Shown in pieces: positions 1-13,756 of a DNA stretch of 64,000 bases. The translations under genes and the position numbers were made by a program. The notes beneath the pieces are model-generated. The model saw nothing but the letters and a program-made list of their open reading frames with translations. It was not told where the DNA came from and did no database searches. The stretch is from Octopus sinensis. Taxonomy: Eukaryota. The stretch's first letter is position 1. Each line of letters starts with the position of its first letter. The stretch lies in NCBI RefSeq assembly GCF_006345805.1, contig NC_043001.1:80166001-80230000 (forward strand), given 5' to 3'.

Positions 1-58
1 GGTGCTCCAGCATGGCTGCAGTCAAATGATTGAAACACGTAAAAGCATAAAAGAATAA
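1..58 (+). mobile_element. 3' tail of a tRNA-derived SINE (family B here)
   Basis: ggtgctccagcatggc...gtcaaatga..gaaac..gtaaaag matches the 3' end of the full copies at 21187-21585 and 26641-27085. Confidence 0.8.
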
Positions 59-249
59 AAGTATATATATACTTACACGTGAGGTTTAACCATCATTTGA
101 CAAGTAACTTTAGATGTGTATTTCTACGATTACGGGCAGTATCAGGAAATATGTCATAACTGCAATTTAACTTTTGATACTTAACCGAAAATGATACGAG
201 GAATAGTAATTTTCAAGGGAAGCATAAGTGTGTGTGTGTGTGTGTGTGT

Positions 250-285
<36 letters not shown>

Positions 286-301
286 TGTGCGTGTGTACGT
301 G

Positions 302-368
<67 letters not shown>

Positions 369-571
369 GATACAAAATTACCTTATTTCCTTGAGTATGA
401 GACGCAAGCTTAATTTAGTGTTAAATAATGCTTTATTAAACATTACATGCCGCCATTAAGAACTCTTTCTCATCTATAGCTACTTTTTATTCTGAGCAAC
501 ACCGGGTAAACTGTTAGCATGTTTGTGTGTATGTGTTTATACATACATAAAAAGCTAAATATTATACATGA

Positions 572-610
<39 letters not shown>

Positions 611-848
611 ATATATATATATATATAATATATATATATATATAATATATATATATATATACATACATACATACATACATACATACATACATACATACAT
701 ACCATACATACATACATAATAGGAGCAGTAGATATTTAACTCCAGTATTTCAACGAGCTATTATATTGCCGATATTCAGGCAAATTTCATTGTCAGTTTT
801 TGCTTTATATTGTAGTTCGTTTTATTTATCAAATTTAATGATTATTTC

Positions 849-1672
849 TATCTCACTGAGTTCTAAAAAGGGAAAATTGTTGGAGGTTGAATGGCAGGAG
901 CTTACGGCGCCAGAACAGCTGAGCTCCTTGGTTTTTCGAGGGCTACCATATCAAGGATGATGACTGAATTTGCGAAGCAGGCATAACCTCCAGCGGGAGG
1001 AATAAGTTCGGCAGGTCTTCAAAGCTCACTGAAAGGGACCGACGAATGCTAATTCGCATTGTCATGAAAAACCGCTGGGCAACTACCCCTAAAGTGACTG
1101 CAAAGTTGAATTAACATCTGACTAGCTCAGTTTCGACCAAAACTGTTCACCGTGAGCACAATAGAGCCGGATATCATGAAAGAGCCGCCATCAGGAAACC
1201 TCTGCTTTCTCATCAAAATATTCAGAAAAAGCTGAATTGGAGTAGACATCACAAGGGCTGGTCGACAGACCAACAGAAACGAGTAATATTCTCTGACGAG
1301 TCCAGTTTTTCTCATTTCCTCACTGCAGGGTGAGTTTATGTGTGGGGTAGTCCAGGGAAGCTTTTAATCCTGACTGCCTTCTTCTTGCAGCAAAGCACGA
1401 AGGAGGATCTGTAATGGTTTCGGCAGCCATTTCTTGAAATTCTCTTGGTTCCAATCGTTGCCCTACATGGTAGGACCAACAGTAACGATCTTCTGAATAT
1501 TTTGGAAAATCAAGTCCCCCCAGGTTCAGACATTATACTCTGAAGTCAGGAAGGTGTATGAATCTATTCCTAGAGGCATCGAAGGTGTTTAGAAAGCTAA
1601 AGGAGAACCAACTCCATATTAAATAAATATTCATTGAATTTAACATCTTCCAATGACTTTCTCCACTCCTGT
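849..1672 (+). mobile_element. Decayed Tc1-family transposon (transposase pseudogene plus right TIR)
   Basis: Manual translation across stops and frameshifts gives the HTH region (LTEF*KGKIVG...TAELLGFSRATISR), RKPLLS, VIFSDES (first catalytic D), KHEGGSVMV and the C-terminus SIPRGIEGV*KAKGEPTPY*. The central DD34E part is deleted. The end at about 1635-1672 resembles the TIR at 6181. Confidence 0.9.
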
Positions 1673-1693
1673 TATATATATATATATATATAG

Positions 1694-1728
<35 letters not shown>

Positions 1729-1823
1729 AATATTATATATATCTATATATATATAATATATATACATATATATATGCATATACATACATAACATACATAC
1801 ATACTACTACATACATACATACA

Positions 1824-1857
<34 letters not shown>

Positions 1858-2367
1858 CATAAAAACATACATATTGAAAAAAGTAAGATAGGGAGAAGAA
1901 ACATACTTTTTCATTCACATTCAAATACGCTTTCCAAAATGTCGCTGGACCGATAGTGGCAAATTATGTATAAATAAAGACAAAGTGGGTGAGGAAGACC
2001 AGTTAAAGCCGAACTCCAGCGTGTTGAATGGCCGTTGTTTTTTAAATGAAATAAAAGCAAACGGACTTTTCTCCTTGGTACGAAAATGATGTAAGGCGAG
2101 CGAGATAGATGAAGTCTATTTTATTAGTTATTGTGGTCAATACAAGACTATTTTCACGATTAATATACAAACTAAATAAATCAATTTTAAAAAATTAACT
2201 TAATTTAGAAGTACATTTTTCGATCTTCGATTGTATATAACATATTTTAAGAAAAAATATAGCTATAAAATATATTTACCTTCATGGTAAATATATTTTG
2301 TGGTTACATATTTTATGGTTATTTTATGGTTACATCATTTTCGTACCAAGGAGAAAAGAACGTTTGT

Positions 2368-2751
2368 TTCAGCTGATGCCCCAATATAAAGAACCTCATC
2401 ACCCGTAAACACTACGAAATGACAAATCCTAGTTGTAACTTCCGAGACCTTGGAGCTTGTCCATTTGACGAAGAGTGCATGATATATTCCGTCATATGTA
2501 AGGCAGATGTCGAAGTAACGCTTGATGATAACATAACTGAAAAGAAGAGCTACATTACGCTATGTGAAGGTGACTTCAAAACTCGCTATGCTAACCACTC
2601 TTCTTCCTTCCGACACAGAAACAACAGTGAAGCCACTCAGTTGGCTAGCCTCGTATGGGGTTTGACCAACTCCACTCCACATACAATCAAGTATAAAATC
2701 GTTAATTCATGCTATATGTTAATAGATCTAAGAAAACCAAGTTATGCGTAG
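2368..2751 (+). pseudogene. Penelope-like element GIY-YIG endonuclease remnant
   Basis: The ORF 2419-2751 has SCNFR..CP...C...VICKA...YITLCEGDFKTRYANHSSSFRH...TQLASLVWGL, typical of a PLE GIY-YIG domain with an upstream Cys cluster. A frameshifted SCMPNIKNLI motif lies just upstream. Confidence 0.85.
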
Positions 2752-4273
2752 CTGAAAGATTGCACGTCCTCATTAGATCTAAATATTCCACCGCACTTCT
2801 GCATTCCAGATTAAAAATCTTCAACAAATGCAAACATATGAACAAATTTCTTTTGGTAAGTTGGGGGACACACCCTCCTCTGATTTGAGCAGCTGTATCC
2901 CAGACTTTAGGCTCCTCTCTGCTGATCCTTTCTACAGAAATTATCTTTATTATGGCTTTACGGTCAAAGAGGACATAACTCAAATCTTGCTTTTTTTCGT
3001 TTCTTTTTCCGTTTATTTTCACCCTTTTTCTTTTACATCAACCTTCCTTTCGCTTTATCTCGTGATTTCTCTTGTTCTAGCCTCCTGATTCGTAAATTGT
3101 ATTGTCCATATGCTCTGAGCCAGAATTGTAACTTGGAGACACAAAGTGTCATTAAAACTTGCCTGGCTACGTCTTCAATGCATGAAAATATTAATGCCTC
3201 GTAACCGTATTATATATTTAATTATACATATATAGACAATGTTGACTTCATAAGAAACTCTTTGGTTAGAGAGTGTTGAACTCCACTAGTGGGACGCGAA
3301 CCCATATCTTTGCAAACCCCTGTTCTATCAAGACAATTATCCGAGCTTATCTACCAATTGTTGAAATTTTATTCTCGCCACCGAGAATGAAAGGTTGTTG
3401 GCGCTATAAGAATCTAGAAATATCAAGAACGCAAATTGTCTTTAATTTTTTTTTTGTTTTTTGTTATTTTTAGGGGGGGGATCCCGAAGTAGATACAACT
3501 GTAAATAATAGCATGTAAATATTAGGTTAAAATCCCCTTGTATAGAAAAAGTTGAAAATTGACTGCGAGTCTTGAACCCACATCGCCTGTATATACAAAC
3601 AGCACAATTTCATCAATTTATTTACAGAAACCTACTTATTTTACGATTTAAGCAATTTCTTTATCAATTTGGCTTTTATTTTAATTTACTTTTATCAGAC
3701 TAAAATTTATAGTTTCAAAATCAATTTAATAAAGCTATTTTTGATTTTATTACGCCTTGTTCTGTCAAACGACAAAAATCTTTAAAAGTTAGTACCACTT
3801 ATTCTTCTTAGTGGGAATTCATGTACACCTCCACCACCATTCTTTATTATGCTATTTAAAAAAAAATATAGTCTTCGGATTTTTATGCTTTGCGTAGAAG
3901 AGATGATGAATCTTAAAATGCTTTATATATTTCTTTTATACCTAAACTATATAAAAAGTACTTTTTAATACAAAGCACTAATTTAGGAGTCTCACTCTAA
4001 TGCCTCATAAATGTATTTATGTATTAATTGCACGGATAAAGAACACGAATATCTGACAATAGTTATGTTAGTTTAGAAAAATTATGAAAGTAATGGGTAT
4101 TCAATAAATGAAGGAATTAGTTTTTACTCTAATTTCTGAAAATTTAAAATGCATTTGTTTCGATTTATTAAGGATGAAAACGTAATTACGAAAGTAATCA
4201 AAATATATTTATACAATTCAAACGCAGTGCAGATGGAATATATTTTTATTATACTCATGACAAAAAGAGATAG

Positions 4274-4308
<35 letters not shown>

Positions 4309-4489
4309 AAAATCAGCTTTAAATTCCCTAATCCTAATGAGTATCAATTCAAAAGGATAAACATAAAATAAAAGATTGAAAAATAAATAAATTAGGATTA
4401 AATACAAGTGAAATTACATACAATTATATAAATAAAAACTTATGTTCATGCATACGTATATTACTATACAGATATATATATATATATAT

Positions 4490-4523
<34 letters not shown>

Positions 4524-5139
4524 GTGCATGTGCATTTCAACATGTATGGGTGTACATTTGGATACGCACGCACACAACCATACACACACTTATATATATA
4601 TACACATTGTAATATCGAACAGAGAAAAGGAATGTTACACACCGCACTGGTGCATTGGTGGAAAAATATTCTTTATCCAATTATAGTGTTATTATCAGTC
4701 TAAATATGACTGAGGCACGTTCGAACTGGGGAACAAGCTACTCACTGCGTTTTGTCACGGAAAATATACCCCGTTTTATTGACAAATAGTGTGTATACAC
4801 CTAGACCAGCTCGCAGCGCCACTTACCTAGACCGTGAGGTGCAAGCATTTTGGTGTAGTTATCCCTTCTTCGGTCACGAGCACCAGGCAGGTGGCGCTAC
4901 GAGCTGATTGAAAAGCGTCTGAATCTCTTAAGCTTTTCCTGTTGCCCTACGGCGACTGATGGTGCTGTGCGGTGGCTCACCGTAAGTAAATTACAGAGGA
5001 GCGCTAAACAGTGGTAAGTAAAAGCATGTTCGAATTGATTACAATTTTATTTATCACTGCTTAGCACCCCGCCTCTGTAATCTTTATCCAGTGTGTATGT
5101 GTCTGGCTGTGTGTGTGTATATGTACCCAGGCCTATTCC

Positions 5140-5742
5140 CCCATTAGTTTAGAAGTGGGTAACCACAACAAAACTAGGCATTCCATTTATTTCCCAAACT
5201 CAAAGAGGCGAGCCCCGTTCTATGCTCGGATCAAGTCATAGAACGCAACCTCCAATATCAGCAGTGGGGCCCGTCAGCTTATGCTAGCTTACCCACCACG
5301 TCTTAATGCTGATTCTGTACCCCTTTGAGCAAACTCAAATTCACTCATCCGTTCACAAACAGTTACCAAGTTTTCCTATCATTTATAAATTCTCTTTCCT
5401 CTCTCACTCCAACACCTTAAACTACCAAAGCTTTCCTCACTCCATCCAACCACATAAACCGAGGTCTGCCTCTGGTTCTGCTGCCTGCCACTTCTACCTT
5501 CATCACCATCCTTACCATCCGCCTCTCATCCATCCTCTCCATGTTGCCAAACCACCTCAACATCCGTCTATCCATCTTAGTAGTTGGTTTTTCTCGCATT
5601 CCTGCTCACCTTCGTACCTTCTCATTCATCATCCTGTCCATCCATGTCACACCAACCATAACCCTCAGACATTTCATCTCAAACGAATCTAGCCGTCTCC
5701 TTTCCGCTTCTCTCAGCTTCCACGTCTTTGCACCATATACCT
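5140..5742 (-). mobile_element. RTE-clade LINE 3' fragment
   Basis: YGAKTW...LDSFEMKCLRVMVGVTWMDRMMNEKVR*...LRWFGNMERM...RGRPRFMWLD is the conserved post-RT segment of RTE elements. The 3' UTR boundary is approximate. Confidence 0.85.
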
Positions 5743-6025
5743 TTGCTGTATTGTTTAACTTTTCCACCACTGCAGCACTATGCAGGTTTCTCTCCAGGCC
5801 ACTTTCTTGCTTTAAAATGTATGCACTCAATTGTCATTGCACAAATGGAAACTCTAGTGTCATCTGCATAGTGAACTGCTGGATCACAATTGAAAGCTGC
5901 TTCATAGAAGTTGCTTCTCTGAGCTGTTGCAAATGGGGTCGATTTGTTCGACAAAATGCTGTGCTCCAGCATGGCCGCAGTCAAATGAATGAAACAGATA
6001 AAAGAATGAAAGAATATATATATAC

Positions 6026-6178
<153 letters not shown>

Positions 6179-6180
6179 TA

Positions 6181-6343
6181 CAGGGGTTGGACAAAATAAT
6201 GGAAACACCTTGAATATTCAAACAAATTTATTTTAATATGAGGTAGGACCTCCTTTGGCAGTAATTACAGCTTGAACTCTACGAGCTATGGACACGTGTC
6301 CAAAGGAAGTTTTGCCCATTCTTCAGCTAAAATAGTCTCCAGA
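6181..6343 (-). mobile_element. Tc1 transposon 3' end (TIR plus transposase C-terminus)
   Basis: TA followed by CAGGGGTTGGACAAAATAATGGAAACAC TIR. The minus strand reads LETILAEEWAKLP...RRVQAVITAKGGPTSY*. Confidence 0.85.
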
Positions 6344-6344
6344 G

Positions 6345-7610
6345 AAAAGGGGGAAAATAATAAAAATTAAAAAGTAAACAAATAAAATAAAGGAATAGAA
6401 ATAGGAAAGAAATTTGAAAGCAACAATGCTCTTCTCAATACGTGTGACATACCGGTTAAGACCATCTTTTATACTTCCTGCATAGATGGTAATCTAGGGT
6501 CAACCTTAAATAATTTTTTAGTGCCTTTCTTGATCATTGCAGGTGCTCCTACAATCATTGGTTTGGTATTGCAACCGTCTTCGGATGGCACATCTTTTCG
6601 ATTTCGATTACCAAATCTTCATATTTTCTGAGCTTATCAAATTCTTTTGTCAAGATATTATGGCCACAGGGTATGGTCACGTCAATCAATAAACAATCTT
6701 TATTGTTTTGGTCTTTCACAACACTATCTGGTTTATTTGCTTTGTTGGTCCTGTCTGTACATATCGGAAAGTCCCAAAGGATATTTACATTTTCTTCCTT
6801 AGTTAAATCCTCAGGTTGGTGCTTGTACCATTTGTCAGCAGTTTTGATTTTATAATGCCGACACATTATCCGATGTAGATACTGGCCAACTCTGTCATGT
6901 CTTGATTTGTACCCTACAGGTGCTAGAGCCTTACATCCAGAGATTAGGTAGTCCACTATTTCTATCCCATCGTTGCAGTATTGACACTTTGGATCTTATA
7001 CTATTTTTGATCACATTGGCTTGATAGTTCAGGTTCAATAAGCTCTGATCATGGGCAACCAAGATAAAGCCTTCACTATCTGCTTTTAGCTCTGAGCTCC
7101 TTAGCCACGGATAGGTGTTCTTCTGGTCTACATCACCATGTTTGCTACGAGCCACATATTTGCCATGCAGAGGATTTTGCTCCCTCCTATCAGCCAATTG
7201 CTCAAAGGCATTTTGCTTTGCTATTGATTTCACCTTCTTTGCAACTGCAGTTGCTGCACTTCCATCATGTTGTTCAACTTGATATTATGCAAAAAATTGA
7301 AATTTTTTTGCTTTCCTTCATAACAGAATGTAGCTTCTTACGTCTTTCATGATTTTCAACGAGCTTTACCATCCAGTCGTTAGATGTTTCCAGATACTTT
7401 GCCAGTCCAATTGTGGTGGTTTTGTAGGAGATTTTGAATTGGATGAAGCCTCGACCTCCTTGAGATCTGGGTAGGTAAAGACGATATGCGTCTGCCTTTA
7501 GGTGGTGCATCGTATTGCAAGTCAACAGCTAACGGATTTACCTGTCAATCTTCTTTATTTCGCTCATATTCCAACTCAACACATTGAAAATGTAACTAAC
7601 AACCGGAACT
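6345..7610 (-). mobile_element. R4/Dong-clade (restriction-like endonuclease) non-LTR retrotransposon, 5'-truncated and frameshifted
   Basis: Motifs HHLKAD..RLYLPRSQGGRG, WL...LKADSEGFILVAHDQSL, a degenerate CCHC knuckle (..LISGC), RHDRV, WDFPI.TD...NKPD..V...LIDVTIP and DKLRKYEDL. Confidence 0.9.
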
Positions 7611-7664
7611 ATTATTATTATTATTATTATTGTTGTTGTTGTTGTTGTTGTTATTTTTGTTGTT

Positions 7665-7720
<56 letters not shown>

Positions 7721-7735
7721 TATTATTATTATTAT

Positions 7736-8093
7736 TATTACCCCCGCCTTCGCTAAAGCGGAGGTATTGTTTTTCAGTCGTGTTTGTTTGTTTGTCCTCT
7801 CAAGAACCACTGGATGAATATCGATGAAACTTTCAGAGATGTTTGATCTCGTGACTGGCACGAAGCGATTAGGTTTTGGGATCGATCCACTACCGGACAA
7901 GGATTCTAGATTATTTTTCCGGTTTTTTTTTAACTTAATGTTTGAGAGCGGTCGGGTTCATTGTTAGTATACTCGTTTGTGAGAGCAGTCAAGTTTATTT
8001 CAGATATTCTCATTTTAAAAATCATCTCTGGCTAATCATTGAGAGGACGTTGGTGTTGCCTTGGCGGAGGTTTGCACTCTCTGAGTGCTCTAG
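7736..8093 (+). mobile_element. Non-autonomous Helentron-associated element (HINE/DINE-like)
   Basis: 5' subterminal ACCCCCGCC with a nearby hairpin and a (GTTT)n tract. 3' subTIR CCTTGGCGGAGGT, then a GCACTC-TCT-GAGTGC hairpin and TCTAG. Inserted in a TT-rich (ATT)n tract. Confidence 0.75.
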
Positions 8094-8098
8094 GTATA

Positions 8099-8149
<51 letters not shown>

Positions 8150-9630
8150 TATTATTATTATTATCATTATTATTATCTTTTATATCTGAATAATGCTCAT
8201 CTTGAGTCATCTTACTTGTTCGGATTCAACAAACTTGAATAAACCGAACCAACATTCCCAGACCAACTAAAAATTGCCAGCATCTTCTTAAAACAACCTA
8301 TCAAAAATATAACGAATTCATATGGTTGTATTTATTTTAGCCGTTAATGAAGCCGAACTTGGCTTGGAATTTTTGGCAGGAATCGATTTTCTCTCACTGA
8401 CAGTGACGCAATAAACATTGTTTCCACTGGCAGTATTATCAGGAATTCTGTTTCTAACAGTAGTGAAGTATTAACAGACTTTTACATTGATTCAGTCGTA
8501 GTGACATTTTATTCAACATCAACCCATCAACCAAAGCTTGCCGAAGTAGTGTCGTAACAACGAATGCTTTCACATTCACAAACAGTGACTGAATGACCAA
8601 AGGCTGCCCGGGTAGTTTTGTAATCATTGACTGTCACAAAAGGATTCACGTAACAAATTACCGTTTCACCGACAATGACATAGAAAAATGACTTGCTCTT
8701 ATAGAAACATAATAACCGGTACTCAAGCAGGCAGTGATTCTGTAACCCATAATTAGGCAGGCAGCAGTGTAATCATTCATTCTTATATAGTAATTGACGA
8801 ATAACCGTTTCTTTCACACACATGCTTGTGAATAACTATCTATTCATCTGATATTGCTCTTTACAGATAAATCTTCTACCTATAGACGTAAATAATAAAA
8901 TCTGATAAATGCTTTCTCGCAAAGTCTTTGATCATTTTGGAAATTGGCAAAAATAATCAGTTTACAAATACACTTTTGTATGTATATATAAATGTAATTT
9001 ATTTTTCTTTCAGTAATTATTTTAAGAAACATATTTTTCTTCTTTGTTTTGTATATGAATATCGTTTAAAATATGTTAATATAATTTAGAAATTTGTTTA
9101 TCATTAAAAAAAAAACAGAACAAAACATAAACAAAACCGATTTCAAAAACATGACTTGCTATCATTATGACATGATGCATCAGTAAAAGTATGCAGCAGA
9201 AGTATGTTTTAAATTTCTTTACTTTCAGATAAATTCAAATCATTTAAAGACATTCATGGTATTCTCACACCACTATTCACCAACTCAGCCCCATCTAGTG
9301 AACTAAACTGCTGCACGATTGCAAAAACATTTTATTTACCTATTGATTGCCCCAAAGCATTTTCATAAGTTTGTTCGAAACGTCTATGCTTGTTTCAAGA
9401 CCACTAAGCAGCCCCTGTTTCAAACGTTCTGATGATTCAAAGGACTGAAAAAGGGTTAAATAGCTTAGAATACGACTACAGCCACTAGCAAACAACTACC
9501 ATCATCTGGATATTACTGTATCCTTGTAGTAACACACCATTTCTACAGCAGTCAGATCCAGCCAACAAAACACTAATGCTGCTAAATTTCCTCCATATCA
9601 TTACAAATAGCAAAACATAATCAACACTAC

Positions 9631-9678
<48 letters not shown>

Positions 9679-9736
9679 CAGCAGCAACAGCAGTAGTAGT
9701 AGTAGTAGTAGTAGCAGCAGCATTAGCAGCAGCAGC

Positions 9737-9770
<34 letters not shown>

Positions 9771-10128
9771 TAGTAGTAGTCGTTGCAGTTGGTTGTTTAA
9801 AACGACACCAAATGTCTGGTGTAATTTGACAAAATGAAATTACATCAGCAACTAACAAAACAAAAACAATGAAAAACAGTAAAAATAAACCATTAACAAA
9901 TAATAGCATACATATAGCATATATATAACGCTAACAACAAATAATAGCAAATAACATATATGAAACTACATAACAAAATGCATAAGTAATTATTATTATT
10001 TCTACTATTACTACAATCATTATCATTATTATTATTATCATTATTATTATTATTATTAATATTATTATTATTGTTATTGTTGATGTTGTTGTTGTTGTTG
10101 TTGTTGTTGATGCTGTTGTTGTTGTTGC

Positions 10129-10185
<57 letters not shown>

Positions 10186-10584
10186 TTTCTTTCAATTCAA
10201 CAGTTCTTTCTTTACTGGAACTGCAAAAAGACAAAAACAATATGAACATGAATAAATAGATAAATAAATACAGCTTTATTTTCCATTATGCAAAAATATA
10301 TTATTAATACCAATTGAAAATTACATCGGTAAAGTTTCGTTTGTTATTATTACTTTTTATATTCTGGTGGTTAGGGTAGTCTTCTTTTTATTTTACTGTA
10401 AATGAGACAGATTCTATTTTTTTCTTTTTTTTTCTCCATTTCTTTCTTTTTCTGTTTTCTTTTCCTAAATCGTACAGAAAATTGTGCACGCAAAACGACG
10501 GCAACAAAACAAGTATAAAAGGACAAAACCAATAACTAAAATAAACAGCAGCCTTCGCTCACTACAACAAGAATAGTAATAATG

Positions 10585-11720
10585 GTTTTAAATTTTGGCA
10601 CAAGACCAGCAATTTTGGGGGAGGTATAAGACCTGCTCAACTGATACATATTTTATCGACTCCGAAAGGATGAAAAACAAAATCGACCTCGGCGTAATTC
10701 GACCTCATACCGTAAAGACGGACGAAATTTCGGTAAGCATTGTGCACGGCTAACGGTTCTACCAGCCTGTAAATTGCTAACGGTTCTACAAGCCCGCCGC
10801 CTTCACAAAAATGGTAATAGTCCTTTCTACTTTTCTCCTATAGACACAAGGCCTGAAATTTGAGGGAGGAGATTTCATTGACTCCAAAACTTAACTGGAT
10901 TAAAGACAAAGTCGACCCCGGTAGAATTTGAACACAGAGCGTAAAGACGGACGAAAAACCACTAAGCTTGCTTGGCGTGCTAACGATTCTTATTTCTTTA
11001 TTGCCCACAAGGGGCTAAACATAGAGGGGACAAACAAGGACAGACAAAGGTATTTAGTCGATTACATCGACCCCAGTACGTAACTGGTATATAATTTATC
11101 GACCCCGAAAGGATGAAGGGCAAAGTCGACCTCGGCGGAATTTGAACTCAGAACGTAACGGCAGACGAAATACCTATTTCTTTACTACCCACAAGGGGCT
11201 AAACACAGAGGGGACAAACAAGGACAGACAAACGGATTAAGTCAATTACATCGATTCCAGTGCATAACTGGTACTTATTTAATCGACCCCGAAAGGATGA
11301 AAGGCAAAGTCGACCTCGGCGGAATTTGAACTCAGAATGTAGCGGCAGATGAAATACCACTAAGCATTTCGCCCGGCCTGCTAACGTGTCTGCCAGCTCG
11401 CCGCCTTCACAGGAACAATCATGGTAGCAACAGTAAGACTAGAAGGTATTAAGGACAACGACATCTGAAATAGAAGCAACAAATCAGCAATAACATTTCT
11501 TTTCTTCTATAGGCACAAGGCTTGAAATTTGACGAGGAGGATGCTAGCCGTTTACATCGACCACAGTACTCAACTGGTACTTATTTTATCGACACCGAAA
11601 GGAGGAAATGCAGAGTTGACCTCAGCAGAATTTGAACTCATAACGTAAAGGCAGGAGAAGTGTCACTAAGCATTTCTTCTGGGTTTTCATTCTGAGTTCA
11701 AATTCCGGCGTGCTAGGGAT
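10585..11720 (-). mobile_element. Cluster of nested or tandem tRNA-derived SINEs (family A; old and young subfamilies)
   Basis: Repeated gaccccgaaaggatgaaaggcaaagtcgacctcggcggaatttgaactcag blocks (B-box GAGTTCAAATTCC on the minus strand). Young copies at 10991-11173 and 11174-11406. Confidence 0.9.
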
Positions 11721-11768
11721 TCTTCAATAATAACAAGTATAACATCATTAACTAACAACTAAAGAGAC

Positions 11769-11835
<67 letters not shown>

Positions 11836-12559
11836 GTAACAACAATAAAAACAGCAACAGCAGCAGCGAAAATCACAACTAGAGTAATAGCAATAACCCA
11901 AATAGTAGTATCAGGGGGGAAAAAAACGGCAACATCAACAACAACTACATTGACAACGGCAATTCCGACGAAGGCGTGTGAACGCTCGGACGCCATTTTC
12001 AATTCAGCGTTATAGATGTTTAAGAAAGACAACTGACTTTAAAACAAGATGGAGTAGTTGTAGTGCTATAGTAATAGAATACTAATAGGAAATACACTGG
12101 CAATAATTGCTAACATTGATAGGAAGAACGCACATTTATGTACGATTGAGAGACGAGGTAGAGAATAGAGGAGTGGAGCTTGCTAAGTTGAATCTAGTAA
12201 TACTTGATTGCCATTATTTATTCTATTCTAATTGATGTTGGTATTCTCGGAGATTTTACTTGTCTAGTAAATAATTTAATCCGAGATCGTGTGTTGAAAT
12301 TGAAGAGCTCATATTGTTCAAGATTCATATGAAACATTTGATGATACAAAAACTGTAAGATTTATATTAAATTTATTTTAAAAGTGTCAAATTTTTCGTC
12401 GCTTATCTGCGATTCTATTCCCCATACAGTTTTACTGTAGTTGAAAGTAACAGATGCGTGACGAAAATTTTGGCGTTTTATGAAATAATTTAAACGTTAA
12501 TTGAACATTCATACACACATATACATATATATATATATTTCGTTTTTTAAGGAAAATGT

Positions 12560-12710
12560 CTATTTCTTTGGTTTTGTGTTTATGTTTTCGTTTTTCAATG
12601 TGTTCGACGTCCTGTACCCATATATGCATGTATATATACATGTAGACGTAGGTACGTACATATATGTATGTATATATGCATATGTTTTATTTTATTTATT
12701 AATTTATTAC
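12560..12710 (+). repeat. Diverged 3' fragment of the repeat at 15154-15401/16004-16252
   Basis: Shares tgtgttcgacgtc...tacatgtaga.gtaggtacgtacatatatg...atatatgcatatgtt. Confidence 0.75.
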
Positions 12711-12733
12711 ATACATACATATATATATATAGA

Positions 12734-12831
<98 letters not shown>

Positions 12832-13223
12832 CAACGGTCTTGTTTCATTTTCCGTCAAACAAAATCACTCACATGCTTTAATAGAAAACATTTGTCCAAA
12901 GTACCACGAAGTGGGACTGAACCTGGAACTGAGTGGTTTGGAAGCAAACTTCTTATCACACAGCCATATGTTATGTTATATGGCTTTTCCCAATTCTGTA
13001 TTCGGTACGTGTCTATTGTACAATACTTAGGTATATTATACTATAATTATTCTATATTCTATGTCTTATTTGCGTCTATTCTATGTCAGAATAATTTTCA
13101 ATTCTATTATATTTCTACGTTTTAAATACTAACGTTAGTAGATATTTCAGATAAACATAACGGTGTTGGTGCGCGTAGGTACATGTATCTGCCTAACTTT
13201 GTCTATGCATGTGTGTGTGTGTG

Positions 13224-13257
<34 letters not shown>

Positions 13258-13262
13258 TGTGT

Positions 13263-13298
<36 letters not shown>

Positions 13299-13451
13299 TG
13301 GGGGAAATAACACAAGACTGAAAACAATATATCTTCGGTGACAGCATTTATTGGACTAACAAAATATTTATCTTAAATAATTGTTTTGAATATATTGTGT
13401 GAAATTATTTTTACGTACTCATACACGTACACATACACACGTGTATATATT

Positions 13452-13523
<72 letters not shown>

Positions 13524-13710
13524 GATGTATGTATCTATGTGTATATATATGTATATATATATACATATGTATATACATATACACATATATATATACATAT
13601 ACATATATATACATATATCTATATACATATCTATCTATCTATCGATCTCTCTCTCTCCCCATATATATATGTATATACATATACATATATCTATATACAT
13701 CTCTCTCTCT

Positions 13711-13756
<46 letters not shown>

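Noticed and set aside
1293-1310. CTGACGA hammerhead-like core
   Set aside because: It encodes the Tc1 FSDES motif, and there is no GAAA or stems.
9428-9460. CTGATGA...GAAA
   Set aside because: No stem II or III pairing and no NUH site. Chance match.
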